Positions 49,699-62,915 are shown, counted from the stretch's first letter. The stretch: DNA of 64,000 nt from Octopus bimaculoides (GCF_001194135.2 NC_068999.1:46037811-46101810); one strand, 5' to 3'. Notes: generated from the letters alone by a model not told the origin. Translations and numbers: made by a program.

Positions 49699-50338
49699 NN
49701 NNNNNNNNNNNNNNNNNNNNNNNNNNNNNNNNNNNNNNNNNNNNNNNNNNNNNNNNNNNNNNNNNNNNNNNNNNNNNNNNNNNNNNNNNNNNNNNNNNNN
49801 NNNNNNNNNNNNNNNNNNNNNNNNNNNNNNNNNNNNNNNNNNNNNNNNNNNNNNNNNNNNNNNNNNNNNNNNNNNNNNNNNNNNNNNNNNNNNNNNNNNN
49901 NNNNNNNNNNNNNNNNNNNNNNNNNNNNNNNNNNNNNNNNNNNNNNNNNNNNNNNNNNNNNNNNNNNNNNNNNNNNNNNNNNNNNNNNNNNNNNNCCGTC
50001 AAGTTACATTCCCCCCCCCCGCCTCTTCAGGTTAATGAAACAGCACCAAACTAAGTCATTGGATTAACATTGTAGCCTAAAGACTTGAAGGTGGCACTGC
50101 TAACTTGACAACGGTTGAGTGACTGAAAAATAGGTATTAGCTGAAACAAAACACTTCTCAGGTGTGTATCATTTGTGTTTATTTGATCTTGAAGACAGCT
50201 TACAAATGAAGGGTCTTGTATGTATCTGTATGTACACACACATGCACACGCACACAGCAATGCTGACGCTTTTTCTGAACCATATGTGTATTGAGTTCTT
50301 ACCTGTTCATTAGTATCGCTATGTCTAAGCAAAAATAA

Positions 50339-50371
<33 letters not shown>

Positions 50372-50409
50372 NNNNNNNNNNTTATATATATATATATATA
50401 TATATATAA

Positions 50410-51062
50410 TCATCATCATTGTTTAACGTCTGCTTCCTATTCTTGCATAAGTTGGACAGTTTGACATGGAGCTGGTCAGCTGGGAGCTATCCAGACTCCA
50501 ATTGTCTGTTGTGGCATTGGTTTCTGCAGCTGGATGCCATTCCTGGTTTTCTTTCATCTGTGAAGTGTTTGATTCAGTTAAACATATTTTTCAACATAAA
50601 CTGGATGAAGAAAATTAAGATATTGATAATATTTTACTGACTGACTTTTTAGTTTGCATTCACAAGCAAGAAGTGTGCTTCTCAAACCTGTGGTTTTGAG
50701 TCCCAATGTATAACACCTTAGGCAACTGTCTCTCACTGTAGCCCATGGTCCAACCAAAATCTTGTGCGTAGATTTGGTAGGTATAAATAAATGAAAGACG
50801 CCTATTGTATATGTGTGTGTCTCTTTGTTTTGGTATCACCTGATAGTTATAAACGAGTGCCACCCCTCATACAAAAGGTGTCTTATTTCCAGTGTTCTCT
50901 GAAAACATGTCTGGCCACGAACATGTATTACCTTGCTTGGAAACAGATGAGAGTTGGTGACAGGAAAGGCATCCAGTTGTAGAAAATTTCCCTTCCGTGA
51001 ATTCTATGCGTTTCATACAGGCATGGAAAAGTGACCATTAAAACAATGATGACGACGACGTT
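50410..51062. mobile_element. Patchwork of RTE-tail (-), SINE A (+) and RTE-tail subfamily (+) fragments
   Basis: catcattgtttaacgtctgcttcc...ctggatgccattcc; gtcccaatgtataacaccttaggcaac...gatttggtag; ggaaaggcatccagttgtagaaaa...catggaaaagtgaccattaaaacaatgatgacgacg. Confidence 0.7.
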
Positions 51063-52104
51063 GCCACTAAAGGATAGTTTTAACTGAAATGGGAGTCTAA
51101 AATGTAATTATTTCAACTAAGTAATTAAAATTTCCTGATTACTTGGATTAGGCATTTCTGTAATCCCAGCAAAGTAAATCAAATGATAACTAATAAGTAG
51201 TTTCAAAAGATATGCCTTTCTCAACCTTGAACTTTAGCATTTCATCTTTCTTTGCTGTCACCCAAAACTTCTTTCCCCCAAATTTATTTCACTGGTTTAG
51301 ATTCCTCTTGAAGTTCTTCTTGCAATATACAAGGAAAGAATCGTAACAGAAAAGTCTGGAGAATCTGGAACAATATGGCAATTCCATTTCAGAGGGTTGA
51401 TCAGTTAATCAGCTGGCAATTCATATGGCATCTCAAGCTCTTTACCATGTTAATACGAATACTGATGTGAAGGGGAAAGAATTAAACAATTGGCTTTTGA
51501 AAGTCAAATATTGTGATGGTTACAGAGTCTTACCTAACAGTATTGTTTGACGATAGCAAACACAATTGTGCATTTATAATCAAATATCTTTCTCGGATTA
51601 CAGTCACTGTCTGTAAACATTCAAAACCATCTTGCGTATTGGATGTCATTGTCATAAATCTGTTTTTTGAACTCCTAGCCTACTTTCGGCTCTTTCTTTA
51701 TCTATATTGCAACTCTGCCTTCTTATTTACTTCTTGCTCTGTTTTACAAATACTACATTTTTTTTTTTTTTTTTTTTTGATACAAATTCTGTTGGCTTAA
51801 AATGCTTTGATTTCAAACTCAGCTAAGAATGGCAACAAACTGTTTGGTTTTAATGTAGTGTATCAAATCAAAAAATCCAGTCCACTTGTTGGAGCCTGCC
51901 TCCCTGCACTGCTGGTGGGGTAAAACTGAACGTGGCTTGGCAGGCTAATGAAACAGTAGTCGGTTTAACACTGGCGAGTTGTCCTACCTTGCAGTAATTA
52001 TTTTACAGGAGCTGGACTGAGCTGTTGAATGTTAAGTATTTTCTTGTCATTTAATGCACTGATTGTTACTAGAAAATTCATTGATTCATTGGTTAATATC
52101 CTCA

Positions 52105-52510
52105 TCAACATTTAACGTCCATTGTTCATGCTGGCATGGTTTGGCTGGGTTGACTAGAGCTAGTTTTGAATGGTTTCTCCAGCTGGATGCCCTTCCTAAT
52201 ACCAACCACTCAGAGTGTAATGGGTGCTTTTAAATGCCAGCAGCATGGGTGCCAGTTATGTAACACTAGTATCTGCCACACCTATAAATTTCACTTGGTT
52301 TGATGGGTTTTCTGCTCAAGCATGGCATGTTGTTGAAAGTCTTGGTCATTTGTCATTGACTTTGTGAGGCCCAACATTCGAAAGTACTTTTTACGTGCCA
52401 CTGGCACAGGTGTTAGTTGTGCTACACTGGCACAAATGCTACTTTCGTGACATTGGCATCGGTCACATTACCTCTGAGAGGCCCAACGCTCAAAAGGTGC
52501 TTTTTACATA
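52105..52510 (-). mobile_element. RTE-tail repeat (family D), longer copy
   Basis: catttaacgtccattgttcatgctggcatgg...ctggatgcccttcctaataccaaccactc; internal repeated aggcccaac...ctttttac units. Confidence 0.8.
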
Positions 52511-52949
52511 CCGGTGGCTCATAAATAAAAAGTATACATCACTGAAGTTGATTGTTCAGATGGGGCTCTGCCAGATATGAAAATGCTTGAGACAGACCCA
52601 GTCATATGTTTCAAAGGCATTGTTCTGACTATCAGGAGTTGAGGGCGCAAGTTAGGGTGTGTGAATGAATGTTAACATAATGCAGTGAGCATAATGAATA
52701 ATCTAATTAGAAATACTTACGCAGTGAGGTAAATACAACATTGGTTTAATGATTACTATTACTTCAATCATTTCAGCCATATCAGAGATAACATTGCATA
52801 TATTTTCATGGTATGGTATCAAACCTCCTCAACAAAAGATAGACTTCCACCATATTTGCTGAAGATGCTGATGAGGAGAATCCCAATAAAGTACATCTTT
52901 TTTGTGATTCTCTTATCATTGTTTTAACAAGTACAGTGAAGTCAAGTCT

Positions 52950-52991
52950 GTTTCACTGATGAGATCTAATAGGATTGAAACATGCCTACAG
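52950..52991 (+). ncRNA. Degenerate minimal type-I hammerhead ribozyme motif (Penelope/retrozyme type)
   Basis: CTGATGA (52956-62), stem II GATC-taatag-GATT, GAAA (52977-80), CATG, C-C; U16.1 is replaced by C and stem I is bulged. Confidence 0.45.
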
Positions 52992-53712
52992 TTGTCTCCC
53001 ATACAAACAAAGTGAGCTCATGCATTTTTTTCTCAGGTTAGAAAGCTTAGCAGTTTATCTACTGAACCTCACATACCTAAATCAACAATCTAGCTGTGTC
53101 TTATTTACTCCTCAAGTTATAGAATCAACAGTTTATTTTATGATGTCATATTAACAATTCTTTCATTTTGGCACAAGGTTGTTTTGTCTAAAGTCAGCTG
53201 CACTGCAACTATATTTATGGCAGTGCTTGTTTTATCAATCCCAGGGAAATAAAGAAAAGCAATGTAGACCTCAATTGGAATTTGAACTCACAATTGATAA
53301 AAAAAAACAAAGTGAATTCTATCAACACCCAGCCCACAGTAGTGCTAACCGCAGCAATCGCTGCTACTGCTGTTTTGGCTATCCTTGAAATAATTTTTCA
53401 CACTCTATCTGCACTAGCAACAAGACTATTGTTGATCTGTTGCTAGTAAAAAGGGAAAAAGAAAAAAAATAATAATAATAATAAAAAGTTACATTTATGT
53501 TAATTTTTCTGACTATTATTTTCTAATTGCTTAGGTTGGTTGTCTCTCTGGCTTTGTGTGTGTGTTAGGTTGTAAGAATACCACAAGTGACTCTTGCCTT
53601 TATTTACTTAATTTTGTTTCTCTCTCTCGGTGTTTTCTCTGCTGTCCTTGGCTACAAAGCACAAGAATGGTCATGAGTCTTTTACTGCTGCTAAAACAGT
53701 TTCAAGAACTAT

Positions 53713-53790
53713 AAGTAGTAGTAGCAGCAGCAGTAGTAGTAGTAGCAGCAGCAGCAGTAGTAGTAGTAGCAGCAGCAGCAGTAGTAGTCC
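53713..53790. repeat. Higher-order (AGT)n(AGC)n triplet repeat
   Basis: Directly visible alternation of blocks. Confidence 0.9.
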
Positions 53791-54094
53791 AGCTACTGAC
53801 AGATAACTGTTATTGATTATTTCCCCAACTGATTTCAGTTGTCGACTTTATTTAACGTGACTGCAGTATTGTTCTGTCAGTTTTTTCCCCTGTTCACATT
53901 TATTATAGACACAAACACTTACATATTCCAGACATATGTTGTCTTTGTGACCCTGTTTAGGAGTTTAAGGGCTCCGTTTGTTTCTGATTTTATTTAAGCA
54001 ACAACCATCGGTATCTTTTAAATAACTGTTAAAAGGCGATATTTTTTCCAGTTCCTTTTGTTTTTTGTATTTTTCTTTTTTTTTTTAACCTTTT

Positions 54095-54280
54095 ACTTGT
54101 TTCAGTTATTGTTTCTGACCGTGGCCATGCTGGGGTACTGCATTCAAGGGTTTTAGTCAAGCAAATTGACCTCTGTAATTATTTCTTAAGTCTGTTACTT
54201 ATTCTGTTGGTCTCTTTTGATGAACTATTAAGTTATAAGGACGTAAACAAACTAACACCAGTTGTCAAGAGTAGTGATCA
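54095..54280 (-). mobile_element. SINE family A 3' domain
   Basis: ttttacttgtttcag...gtggccatgctgggg...acgtaaacaaactaacaccagttgtcaag. Confidence 0.8.
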
Positions 54281-54324
54281 GCAATGACATGCACACACAC
54301 ACACACACTCTCTCTCTTAATCTT

Positions 54325-54452
54325 TCTCTCACACACACACACACTCACCATCTCTATCTCTATCTCTCTCTCACACACACACACACTCACCCTCTCTATC
54401 TCTATCTCTCTCTCACACACACACACACTCACCCTCTTTATCTCTCTCTCTC
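54325..54452. repeat. 42-bp minisatellite built from (CA)n and (TC/TCTA) microsatellites, 3 copies
   Basis: ctcacc recurs at 54344, 54386 and 54428. Confidence 0.9.
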
Positions 54453-54454
54453 TG

Positions 54455-54675
54455 CCCCCACTTCTCCACACCACCAATATTATCCAAGGGAAAGGCAAAG
54501 GGGCTGATACAGCTTGGCACCAGTGACGCCGCTACTCATTTCTACAGCTGAGTGAACTGGAGCAACGTGAAATAAAGTGTCTTGCTCAAGAACACAACAC
54601 AGCCCGGTCCGGGAATCAAATTCACAACCTCATCATTGTGATCCCCATGTTCTAACCACTGAGCCACGTGCCTTG
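54455..54675 (-). mobile_element. SINE family C (CORE-like), 5' part
   Basis: tatccaagggaaaggcaaagggg...cagctgagtgaactggagcaacgtgaaataaagtgtcttgctcaag...ctaaccactgagccacgtgcct; same family as 19461. Confidence 0.9.
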
Positions 54676-55036
54676 GATATGGCCAGTTTAAACGCTAAAG
54701 GGATAAATCTTATGCTTTTGTCCTTAGCCTGTCCAAAGTATTTTAAAAAGTTTATCCTAAACATCCCTGCTTGTTTTCAAACCTTTAGCTAGCCCTTGTT
54801 TCATATGTTCTGAGCAATATAAATCCTTCTTTTCACAGGTCCTAAGTTTCTCTGATGATTAAAATAAAATTAGCAATGCATATCATATATATAATACATG
54901 GACACCTGTGAATACATCCTGTGAATCAACATACAGGTTCACAGGACAGACAAAGGGTTAATGTCTTCAGTTTTTATCTTCCATTCCTGTTTCTGTGCTC
55001 AATTGATGTAACAAGCAATTACAGGATTCATTGTAC

Positions 55037-55070
<34 letters not shown>

Positions 55071-55914
55071 GTTTTCACTTGTCATTGCCTCACTGTTTTC
55101 TTCCAACCTCCTTACAACTTGTTATTGGATTGTCCTGTCTGTCAGACGTACTCTTGCTTGCAGCCACTTCCTTTTGTTATTCCTGTGCCAAGTAATCACG
55201 TAGGTCAGCTTTGATTGAATTGTCTTGTTGTGGTATGTCGGTAGTTGACTGTGAGGCGACTACATTTGATCCCATAGATCTGTTGCTTAAGATTACTATT
55301 TCTCCACTCAGACACCATGTAGTAGTGTAGGCAGTCTGTCTAGTCTTTTATTTTTTCTTCTCATTTCTCTCTCTCTCTCTCTTGTGTCTTTCTTGTGCCT
55401 GGAGGTTCTGGTGGTGGCCAAAGTAGACTCAATCCACCGCACTTGTCTTTAGATGTTCCACTGTTGTTTAGCACCAGGTTATCCCTTATCAAGTAAACCT
55501 AAAATCAAAGATTTTTCCACCTGTGATCACTTTTTCACGATTACATTATGTAATGTCTTTTCCTTTTTTTTTTTTTATAAGATGGTATGGTGTAATTGGT
55601 GAAGGCAAAGAATCTCGTCACTAAAGAGTAAAGAACCAATGAAAAGATGTGTTGCTTAGATGCTGCATAACTAACAACATGACAGTTTTGCAATAAATTC
55701 ACTTTTCTACTAGTCTTAGTAATTTAACAATTAATCTAATAAAGACAAAACATTGATGTTGTGTAAGCACTGCATGGATAGGAATTAATTACTAATATAA
55801 ACTGGCTTAGACTGCTAAATGTGTGCTGGAAAATAAGAGATGAAGTGCTTTGAAATTGACTTTTTTATTCATTGTAGTTTATAAATCTAAGGTAACAAAT
55901 CTTTTAACTTTTGT

Positions 55915-56103
55915 TTGTTTGTTATTTGACTGTGGCCATGCTGGGGCATCGCCTTGAAGGTATTTTTTTAGTCAAACAAGTCAACCCCCAGTTCTTATTT
56001 CTTAAGTCTGGTACTTATTCTATCAGTCTCTTTTGCCAAGTCACTTAAGTTATGAGAATGTAAACAAACCAACATTGGTTGTCAGTGGCGATGGGAACAA
56101 ACA

Positions 56104-56175
<72 letters not shown>

Positions 56176-56310
56176 ACAGGTTTCCTCAGCTTCTGTCTGC
56201 CAAATTCACTCACAAGGTATTTGTCAACCTGGGATTATAAGCAAGCTGTGCTATGAGACTGAACCCAAAACCACATGGTTGCAGAGCGAACATCATAACT
56301 ACACAGACAT
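55915..56310 (-). mobile_element. SINE family A with central (CA)n
   Basis: gactgtggccatgctgggg...ggtacttattctatcagtctcttttgcc...(CA)n...aaattcactcacaagg...gagactgaacccaaaaccacatggttg. Confidence 0.85.
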
Positions 56311-57559
56311 GTCTGCATCATCATCATCATCATCATCAGTAATAACAATAATGGAGAAATCTACTTTCCATTATGTGTGTCTCTTCTGTATTAACATTGT
56401 ACAGCTATTCTCCCTGCATAGTTGACATCTACTTTAATTCAGCTCAAGTGGTCTACAAACATCATTGTTTGTCTCACTAATGTTATTTCTATAATATGTA
56501 TTTGCAAAAAGGTGGTCCTGTCTGAAGATAACCACTTATCTATATACTATTGTAAATTGCTAATTGAATCGCTGCATTTTAATATGTATATTATATCTAT
56601 TAAATCTAGCCATTCATCTCTGTAATTAACTCTCCTTATTTAAAAGTTTTATCTTTGGGACGTAAATTGTTTGGTTTTTTAACTCATTATTAACCCTTTT
56701 TAGCACTAATTTTGATATTTAACAATTCTTGTTGTTGGCATGTAAGCTAAAGGATTAAAAATGTTGGGTTTCTCCTTCAGTTAAATTGGTCTTTTGTTGT
56801 TGTTTTTTAAGCAAGTTTTATTACCAAGTGAATGCCACCTGGTACTGGGAGCATGTATGTGGTTGCTTGACCTGCTAGAAATGGCATTCTAGTTTTTGGA
56901 ATATAAGATAATACACCTTGTTGAATTAATTGTTCAACTTGCAGACAATTTAGATGCTGGTCGGAGTGTGGTACCCTTTTTTGTAGAAGTTGGATGTAGG
57001 GATTTTATTGGGACCGGATTGAGACAGTGGCTGCTATCTGTTGGTGTCTAATTAGCAAGTAAACACCATCTTGAAAGGGATCCAAGTGACCTTTGAAAGG
57101 GCCAGCCATTGGATATGGCTGAAAAGCAATGATGAAATTTGGCCAGAGAGGTGATGATCCTGAAATGGACTTGATGTTAAGTATTAGTCAGTTTATACAG
57201 TAGGTAGTGTCTTGTACCAGTGAGGTGGGGCCCAGTGTACTGTAAAGCCATCGAGAGGAAGCCCTTGAAATCAGTGTACACTCTCTTCTGATGACCCCTG
57301 AACCCAACTGGCATCTAGTATGCAGAGTTTGTGATTGACTGCACTTTCACCAGCAAGCTGTTTCCAAGTTTGTGGTTGCTTGACCTGCTAGAAATAGCAG
57401 CCGAATTTCCTCAATACTATGTGTGGCACCTTGGGCTTGTCTTGTTCAGCCCCAGGCAGAAGAAAGCCTTGTGAGTGGATCTGGTCAATGGAAACTCACA
57501 CATGCACCTGGCACATGTATGCATGTAGGTCTGTGTACTCTTTTCTTGACATCACATGA

Positions 57560-57832
57560 TGGTTGTAAACAAGCATCATGTAAAAGCACCCATGTGATGC
57601 TGCGTAAAACCGCCCCTGCAATACTGCGTAAAAGCACCCATGTGATGCTGCATAAAAGCACTTGTGCTGTGCGATGTAAAAGCACCCAGCACACTCTGTA
57701 AAGTGGTTGGCGTTAGGAAGGGCATCCAGCCGTAGAAACCATATCAGACTGCAATCGGGTGCAGCTTGCCTGCTCTGGTTAAACTGTCCAACCCATGCCA
57801 GCATGGACAACACACATTAAATGATGATGATA
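57560..57832 (+). mobile_element. RTE-tail repeat (family D) with an internal 24-bp-period array
   Basis: AAAAGCAC-headed units at 57582, 57606, 57630, 57654 and 57678, then gtggttggcgttaggaagggcatccagc...aacccatgccagcatgga...aatgatgat. Confidence 0.9.
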
Positions 57833-60017
57833 TGTGAAGACTGAGAGTGGGTTGATGACCAAAGTGAAATTTCAACCCAATGAAATTCCCTGGAGATGGT
57901 TGGCATCACTGTACATGATTTGGGCTTATTATGGCTGTTGATATTGTAGTTATTTTGGTGTGTGTGAATTAGGCATTAAAAATAGCCATGTTAAAAATTA
58001 TATCCTGATGTGTGTAGATGTTTTGTTAGTGGTTAGACAAGTATTTGCTGGGGCTGTGTGGGTCGGGGCAAATACTGGACATACGATGTGTTCCTTCATG
58101 CATGGTTTATACATTGCCCTTTAATTTATTGATTTGTATTCAGTAAGTTGGTTAAATAGGTTAGGAAAACAACAAAAAAAAAGTATTATGTTTATTGATT
58201 ATCATAGGAGGAAGTTAAAAAACAATAGGAAAACAGAAGAAAAAAATAAACATTTGTTAAATGATGTATAACCGTATATTTTTACTATCATTACATATTG
58301 AGTAATTTTTATTGTATTTTAGATGTTTACTCATCTAAAATATTTCCAGGAAGATAACCTTCATTAACATGAGCCTGATATCAATAAAATTGGATAAGTT
58401 GATTTATTTTCAGCATGTTTGGTTGGGACAATTGAAATAAGGGTACTTCATATTACTTGATTTTAACTGGCTTCAGGGAGAAATTTACTACATATGAAGT
58501 TTTGGCCTTCGGAGTCTGGCATTCCAGTTTCTTTGCCACTAATATACCCCCCCCCCTTTTTTTTTTGTATCTGTTTCCTGATTTGTCATATAAGCTTATT
58601 CCTCTTCTGCTCCAATTTTGTTAATGTTCTGATGTATCAGAACTATATAATGTTTTATAAAGTAAGCAATCATTTCCTGATACAAAAGCAGACCGCAATG
58701 TGTTGTTTGTACTCGGAATATATAACAGGACCTATTATTGTTGTATTGTGCTTCCTGTGTGTAGGAGTTTCCTGGACTTACTATGGTATGATGTTTACAT
58801 TATTTATATTTACATTGCATTGCTCGCAGGTGCTGGAGCCATGTAAAAAACAATGTGAAGTGAAGTGTTCTGTTCAAGAATACTAGGCACCATCCCAGTC
58901 TGGGAACCAAAACAACAGTCTTGCAATTGTGAGGGCAACACCCTAACCATCATGCCAAGTGACTTCATGATGTCTTGATATTAACTTGATTGTAGTACTT
59001 TCTCTTTTTAATTTTGAAATTTGTTAATTTGTCATAAAATAATGAAATGAAAATTCTGGACTGTTTGTTATAAACGTATCTGAACATATTAAATTTGGTC
59101 CTTTCAGAATGTTCCATTGTTATTTTTCCAACTGTTATAGGTTTCTTTGACACTTTTACTTTTCAGTTTGGATATTTTTGTAAACTGCCCTGTTTTCTTC
59201 AAAAAAAAAAAAAAAAATTGTTTAGTAAAATAATTTAATAAGAACATTGTATTTAATTAAGCTATAAATTTATAAATACTAGACATAAGTTTCATAAACT
59301 ACAAAATATAAATATCCACACTACCACACCTGAAACGTACCTGTTATCATTCTTTATCTCAGTTTGAATGTATGTGAAGGTATTTAGAATGGCCAAACTT
59401 ATTTCTGCAAATGTGCCAAACACTGATGCTGATCTTTGTTTAACCAATAAGCGTAGGAGCGAGGTAAATGCAGTAAAAATAGCGGGGTTAATGGGGTTGC
59501 ATTTAAGCAGTCCTTTAGAAAAAAGGGGAAGGAAAAGTAGAAAGCCGGGGAAGTATTTGAGTGCGGGAGATAACTTTATAGCAGGTGTTGAGAGTCAGAA
59601 GTCTTATAAGGGGACATGCATAGATGTCTTGATGTAGGGGTAGAGATACATAGTTAGGGGTGGGTGGAAGTAGCCGGGTGAACAATGAAGATGGAGATGA
59701 TGGAGTGCATGAATAAGCATATAAAATTAACATGTTTTAGAGACTAAATTACCCAGAGAACTTTAGCTTAGCAAACATCTTTATAAATTTGCATCTCCTC
59801 TTTTATGCACAAATTGAAATACATTTCAAAAGATTCTCTGATATAACATTTTGTAGGTTTTGTCTTCTTTTTGTTTTTCCATTCAAATTATCGACTATTT
59901 TGAATTAATCTGACATTTTATATTTTTATATCCTATTAACTTAGTATTAATGCTAATAACAGTTTTCCTTTTTTTCTTTTTTTTTCTTTCCAGTTACCAT
60001 TCTACAAATCGTCTACC

Positions 60018-60113
60018 ATGTTGGAATATTATATAGGTCACATCACCTTACTATATGCAGTTTTCATTGTTTGTTTCTTTCACATTACTTTAATTGCTGC
60101 TGATGTTGTTGTG
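60018..60113 (+). CDS. RNF13: First coding exon (exon 59994-60113) of a secretory-pathway protein, probably an RNF13/RNF167 (godzilla)-type PA-TM-RING E3 ubiquitin ligase; the gene continues beyond the window
   Basis: Strong acceptor ttttcctttttttcttttttttttctttcCAG (ends 59993); ACC-ATG context; MLEYYIGHITLLYAVFIVCFFHITLIAADVVV = hydrophobic signal peptide plus ADVVV (human RNF13 has VEADILA at a similar first-coding-exon end, from memory); phase-0 donor GTG|GTAAGT at 60114. Exon confidence ~0.85; gene identity rests on 32 aa only. Confidence 0.55.
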
Positions 60114-60529
60114 GTAAGTGACTGTTTAGTTCGTTCATTCATCTTTCGAAAATATTTTAATGAGATTCTGCCTGCTTATACAATTATTAGAAAATAAACG
60201 TTTAAATGTTGGCTTAAATAAGAATTGCTTTGAAAAAACAATGATTGTTGTGTTCAGGTGCTTTTTTTTTTTTTTTTTTTTTTTCCCTCACCTAAATTGA
60301 ATCTAAGTCATGGAAAAAGTGTTTCCTGAAATGGGGGGAAACTTGGAAGGATCGAGTTAGATTAGGTTGAGTGATGGTTTTAGTATTTCAAAGATTACTG
60401 ATTGGGATTAAAAGATAATTATTGGGAGGAATACTGAGTTTGAAAATTACTTTTTAAAGACTTACATTATCACATGAAGTGCCTGGTGGTTGTTTGTCGT
60501 GAAAGCATAAACGAAAGTCGAGATGATCT

Positions 60530-60805
60530 TTTACTTGTTTCGGTCATTGGATCATGGCTATGCTGGAGCACTACCTTGAAAGTTGTTTTAAACAAATCAA
60601 TCTAAGTATTTGTTTTTTTGTTGTTTTTTTAAGCATCATGCTTATTCTGTCAGTTTCAGTTTCCGTCTACCAAATCCACTCACAAGGCTTTGGTCTGCCT
60701 GAGGCTATAGTAGAAGACACTCGCCCAAGGTGCCACGCAGTGGGACTGAACCCGGAACCATGTGGTTGGTAAGCAAGCTACTTACCACACAGCCACTCCT
60801 GCGCC
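60530..60805 (-). mobile_element. SINE family A, internally deleted; 5' half young
   Basis: tttcagtttccgtctaccaaatccactcacaaggctttgg...cacgcagtgggactgaacccggaaccatgtggttggtaagcaagctacttaccacacagccactcctgcgcc. Confidence 0.9.
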
Positions 60806-62915
60806 TATATGTTTTTATTTACTGAATATCATCTTTTTGTTTGTCTCTTTCAAGAGCAACTGTTATCATTCCTGATCCCTTTAATAGACTTCCCTTCCCC
60901 TCTCCTTGTTTACTGGTGTGTGGAAGGGGCTCTTTAATTGTTCTGCCGGATGTTGTTGTTTGTGGGCAATACCAAACATAAGGACGTTGTCTACTCCAGC
61001 ATGACATTGGTAATGTTTGAGATCATCTGACAGTTGAGGGACGTTACAAGTTCAACTGCTGCTAAAAATATTATCACTACCTAATTGACAGCACTAACGA
61101 ATTTATACATGCCTTATTGTTTTACATAACGATGTAGGGCGGCAGGGTTTGTAATGTCATTGTCTTAAATAATCCTCTGCACTATAGATGTACCAAAATC
61201 GTTTGTTTTTACTACTCTGCTTTCATTAAATAGATTTAAATATAATAATCTGATTATCCTGCGTTTGTCTATTGTTTACAACTGTTCAGATGACTTTTTC
61301 ATACTGTTGCATACATCAAAATTTTACTAAAAGCTGTCAGTGTTTAGTTACTTAGCAACAGCAGCAGCAGTAGTAATAGTAGTAGTAGTGGTAGTATAGT
61401 ACAACTGTATTTCATTATATTTTATAACTCAACTGAACAGAGGTGTTTGTGCTTTGGTACATATTTCACACCTTCAAAGAGAATCAGAGTTGGTAAAATA
61501 CTGGAATAAAGACCACAGAGAGACATTTCTGATGACAAATAACGATGATTGCATTGGGAATGGTATTGCATACACATTAGGTGTTTGCCAACATTTGAGC
61601 AACATTGTTTTTGATGACGGATCTTTCTAAAATTTGGTTTCAGTTTTTGCCTTTTATGTACAACTGATGACACAGACTAAGTAGTTTTAATTATATGAAA
61701 ATATATTAATTGGCTTTTGACTAATCTCTTGATGGCGGATGATGAGTCTGTCCTACATGCTCACAAAACATCAAGGCATATAAAACCAAGTCAAAACTGT
61801 TATTGAAAATTGAGTTGTAATCAAGCTTTATTTATCTCATTAGTTGAGTGTTGCCAAGTTATCAATATTTTCCCTGATGTGTGTCTGTATCTGTTTTCCA
61901 AGAATGTCCCTATAGTTTTGAGCATATGGTATCTTCTGTTGGTAGTTATTCACTTTGTTCTTGGTGTCTCTAATGAAAGGCATTTTATAGTATTGCATCT
62001 AAAATCTTGATTAAGCTCAGAGATGAAACACCTTCCTGCCTCTGTGTGTGTGTGTGTGATGTTGAACAACATAACGTTTCATTCTGTGTGATATGAATTC
62101 TTTGATCACTCGTCTGCTTTTCGTATTGATTTTTGTTTCTTTCACTTTTTTCTCATTCGTCCTTTTTTTTTTCTCTACAGCTACTGTTACTTCTTCATCT
62201 TCCTCTTCTACTATTGCTACTACTACTACTACTATTTTTAATTCATCTCCTGTTCCTTCTCCTCTATCTTCTTTCTTTTGTTCTCCTCCTCCCCTTGATT
62301 CTTCTATGTCCTCCTCCTACATCCTCCTCCTCCTCCTCTTTCGTTTTGTTTATTTTAATCATGATTGAAAGAAGGAAATTAAAAACAAAAAGTTATAACC
62401 CCCCCCCCCTCACTACCAGCACTAATTTCTAATGTTTTAGAAGAAATAGTAAATGCTGATTATTGAGGACTAAGTTGACAAAAATTCTGGCTTTCAGACG
62501 GAATTGTAGAAAAAGCAATTAAAGAAAGTGTTCCAGAACTATTGGAATGCGTCGCAGATGAATTCAGTCTTTGAGGTATTGACTTCAAATTGAATACCTT
62601 CTGTCACAAATGTAGACATTTATTGAGTCATTAGGCATCTCAAGAGTCTAAGATCTGTGAGGAAATGGGTGGATGTCAGTGAAAATGTTGGGAATCCCTG
62701 TTCTAGTCAGAATGACCCCATGTTGTTTGGTTGAATGGTTATACCCTCATGAATGAATGTCTTGTTGTAAAATACTTATTTCGGTAGGTAATGTTCAAGT
62801 TTTGCTAAAACATAGAAGTGACAGGTGGGTAATAATTACAGTCAGTATTGGGAATGTGTGAAAAATTGTTTAAAAATGAAACTTTGGAGAGTTAAATAGC
62901 CAAAATAGGATTACA

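Noticed and set aside
61440-62580. Protein-like frames ELVKYWNKDHRETFLMTNN... (~61490) and GIVEKAIKESVPELLECVADEFSL* (~62500) as a possible next exon
   Set aside because: Neither resembles the expected PA-domain start and both end in stops before a usable donor
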